DNA of 63,873 nucleotides, filler included, from Octopus bimaculoides (Eukaryota): NCBI RefSeq assembly GCF_001194135.2. It is 6 parts of 6 records of this genome, joined end to end, with 100 filler letters (N's around TTAATTAATTAA, not from the genome) between each part and the next. Parts side by side here need not be neighbours in the genome. Positions count along the whole stretch, not along the records: positions 62,160 to 63,873 come from NW_026307055.1; 5 more parts are not named here. One strand, 5' to 3'. The first letter of the stretch is position 1; each line of letters opens with the position of its first letter. Position numbers and translations under genes: made by a program. Below are positions 62,878-63,873 of this stretch, in pieces. The notes beneath the pieces were generated by a model. That model did not search any database. It was given only the letters and a program-made list of their open reading frames with translations, and was not told where the DNA came from.

Positions 62878-63290
62878 AAGGGGCGTGGCTTGGTGGTTAG
62901 GATGTTGCCCTCACGTTGGCGTAGTTCTGGTTTCGATTGCTCACATGGCAACGCGGTTATGTTCTTGAGCAACGCACTTCATTTTCCCGTTGCTCAGTCC
63001 ACTCAACTGCAAATGGGCCCCAGAAATAGCTGGAAAGTTAAACCCACAACGGACTGACATCCCATTCTGTGGGGAGAATTGTAATCATAAGATTGTGGTT
63101 TCGATTCCTGGGCCAGCTGGGTTCTTAAACAAAATAACTAACTTCAGGTTGCTCAGTCCCCTCAGCTGTAAATAAGTCCCAGTAATAATTGGAAAGTTAA
63201 ACCTGCAACAGACAGGCATCCCATTCAATAGGGAGAGTTGTAATTATAAGATTGTAGTTTCGATTCAAGGACCGGGGGTATGTTCTTGCA
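62878..63290 (+). mobile_element. Head-to-tail array of SINE units (~160-bp period; 2 full, 1 partial)
   Basis: GTTTCGATT at about 62930, 63098 and 63257; GTTGCTCAGTCC, GGAAAGTTAAACC and CATCCCATTC each occur twice. Confidence 0.75.
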
Positions 63291-63304
63291 TACTGTTGTT
63301 GTTA

Positions 63305-63492
63305 TTGTTATTTAGCCCTAGGTCAGTCCTGATCCAGACAGGCCTATGATCAGAGATATTCTAGCTGTGACCATCCCATCTTTTATTTAGGCATAGTGTA
63401 TCTTGGACTACATTATCTTAATGTATAGTATAGTCGTTAGCATTAATGACCATAGTTGTTGTTGTTTAACCCCAGGTCAGTCCTGATCCACG
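63305..63492 (+). repeat. Dispersed repeat family H, one longer and one partial copy
   Basis: TTTA(G/A)CCC(T/C)AGGTCAGTCCTGATCCA occurs twice. Confidence 0.65.
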
Positions 63493-63654
63493 AACTTTGT
63501 AGTATTTGTCGTGGTTATATTCACTGATGTTGCTGCTGCTGCTGTTGTTGTGGTTGTTGTTTATGTTCGGTTGTCATAGCAACCTTTCGCAATGTCGATC
63601 ATAAACAGAAAACAAACGATCCGAAACAACAAAAGAAATCTAACTCCACCACCG

Positions 63655-63757
63655 CCAACAACAACAACATCAACATCAACAACATCAACATCAACATCAA
63701 CAACAACATCAACATCAACATCAACATCAACATCAACATCAACATCAACAACAACAT
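63655..63757. repeat. (CAACAT)n/(CAA)n microsatellite
   Basis: Directly visible; source of the VDVDV and TSTST ORFs. Confidence 0.95.
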
Positions 63758-63833
63758 TATTAAACAACTTCAGTGAAGACGCTTCCTTATGGATTAGCAA
63801 CAATCATACCGAATATACAAAGTGTGTATAATC

Positions 63834-63870
<37 letters not shown>

Positions 63871-63873
63871 TAT

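Overview
AT-rich, microsatellite- and gap-riddled animal genomic DNA. The repeat families resemble those of Octopus (inference from recognised SINE/MITE motifs, not a database match). The window is six separately assembled pieces joined by 100-bp spacers (44 N + TTAATTAATTAA + 44 N), so adjacency across the joins is unproven. No complete gene, rRNA, true tRNA gene or CRISPR array is supportable, and almost all listed ORFs are microsatellite or N artefacts. The CpG-depleted first piece (1-29056) holds one convincing orphan minus-strand coding exon (28739-28906) and a weaker 41-nt exon, consistent with a large methylated gene body. The rest is mobile-element debris: mariner and maT/Tc1 transposase fragments, R4/Dong and RTE LINE fragments, a Penelope GIY-YIG 3' end, several tRNA-derived SINE families, and TTAA-, hAT-, Tigger- and mariner-type MITEs. 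The most notable signal is a set of minimal type I hammerhead-ribozyme motifs in several distinct retroelement tails. One of these is a tRNA-headed SINE whose 3' tail carries a hammerhead, suggesting a Penelope-mobilised SINE. Most copies carry mutations likely to impair cleavage, and none has been tested.
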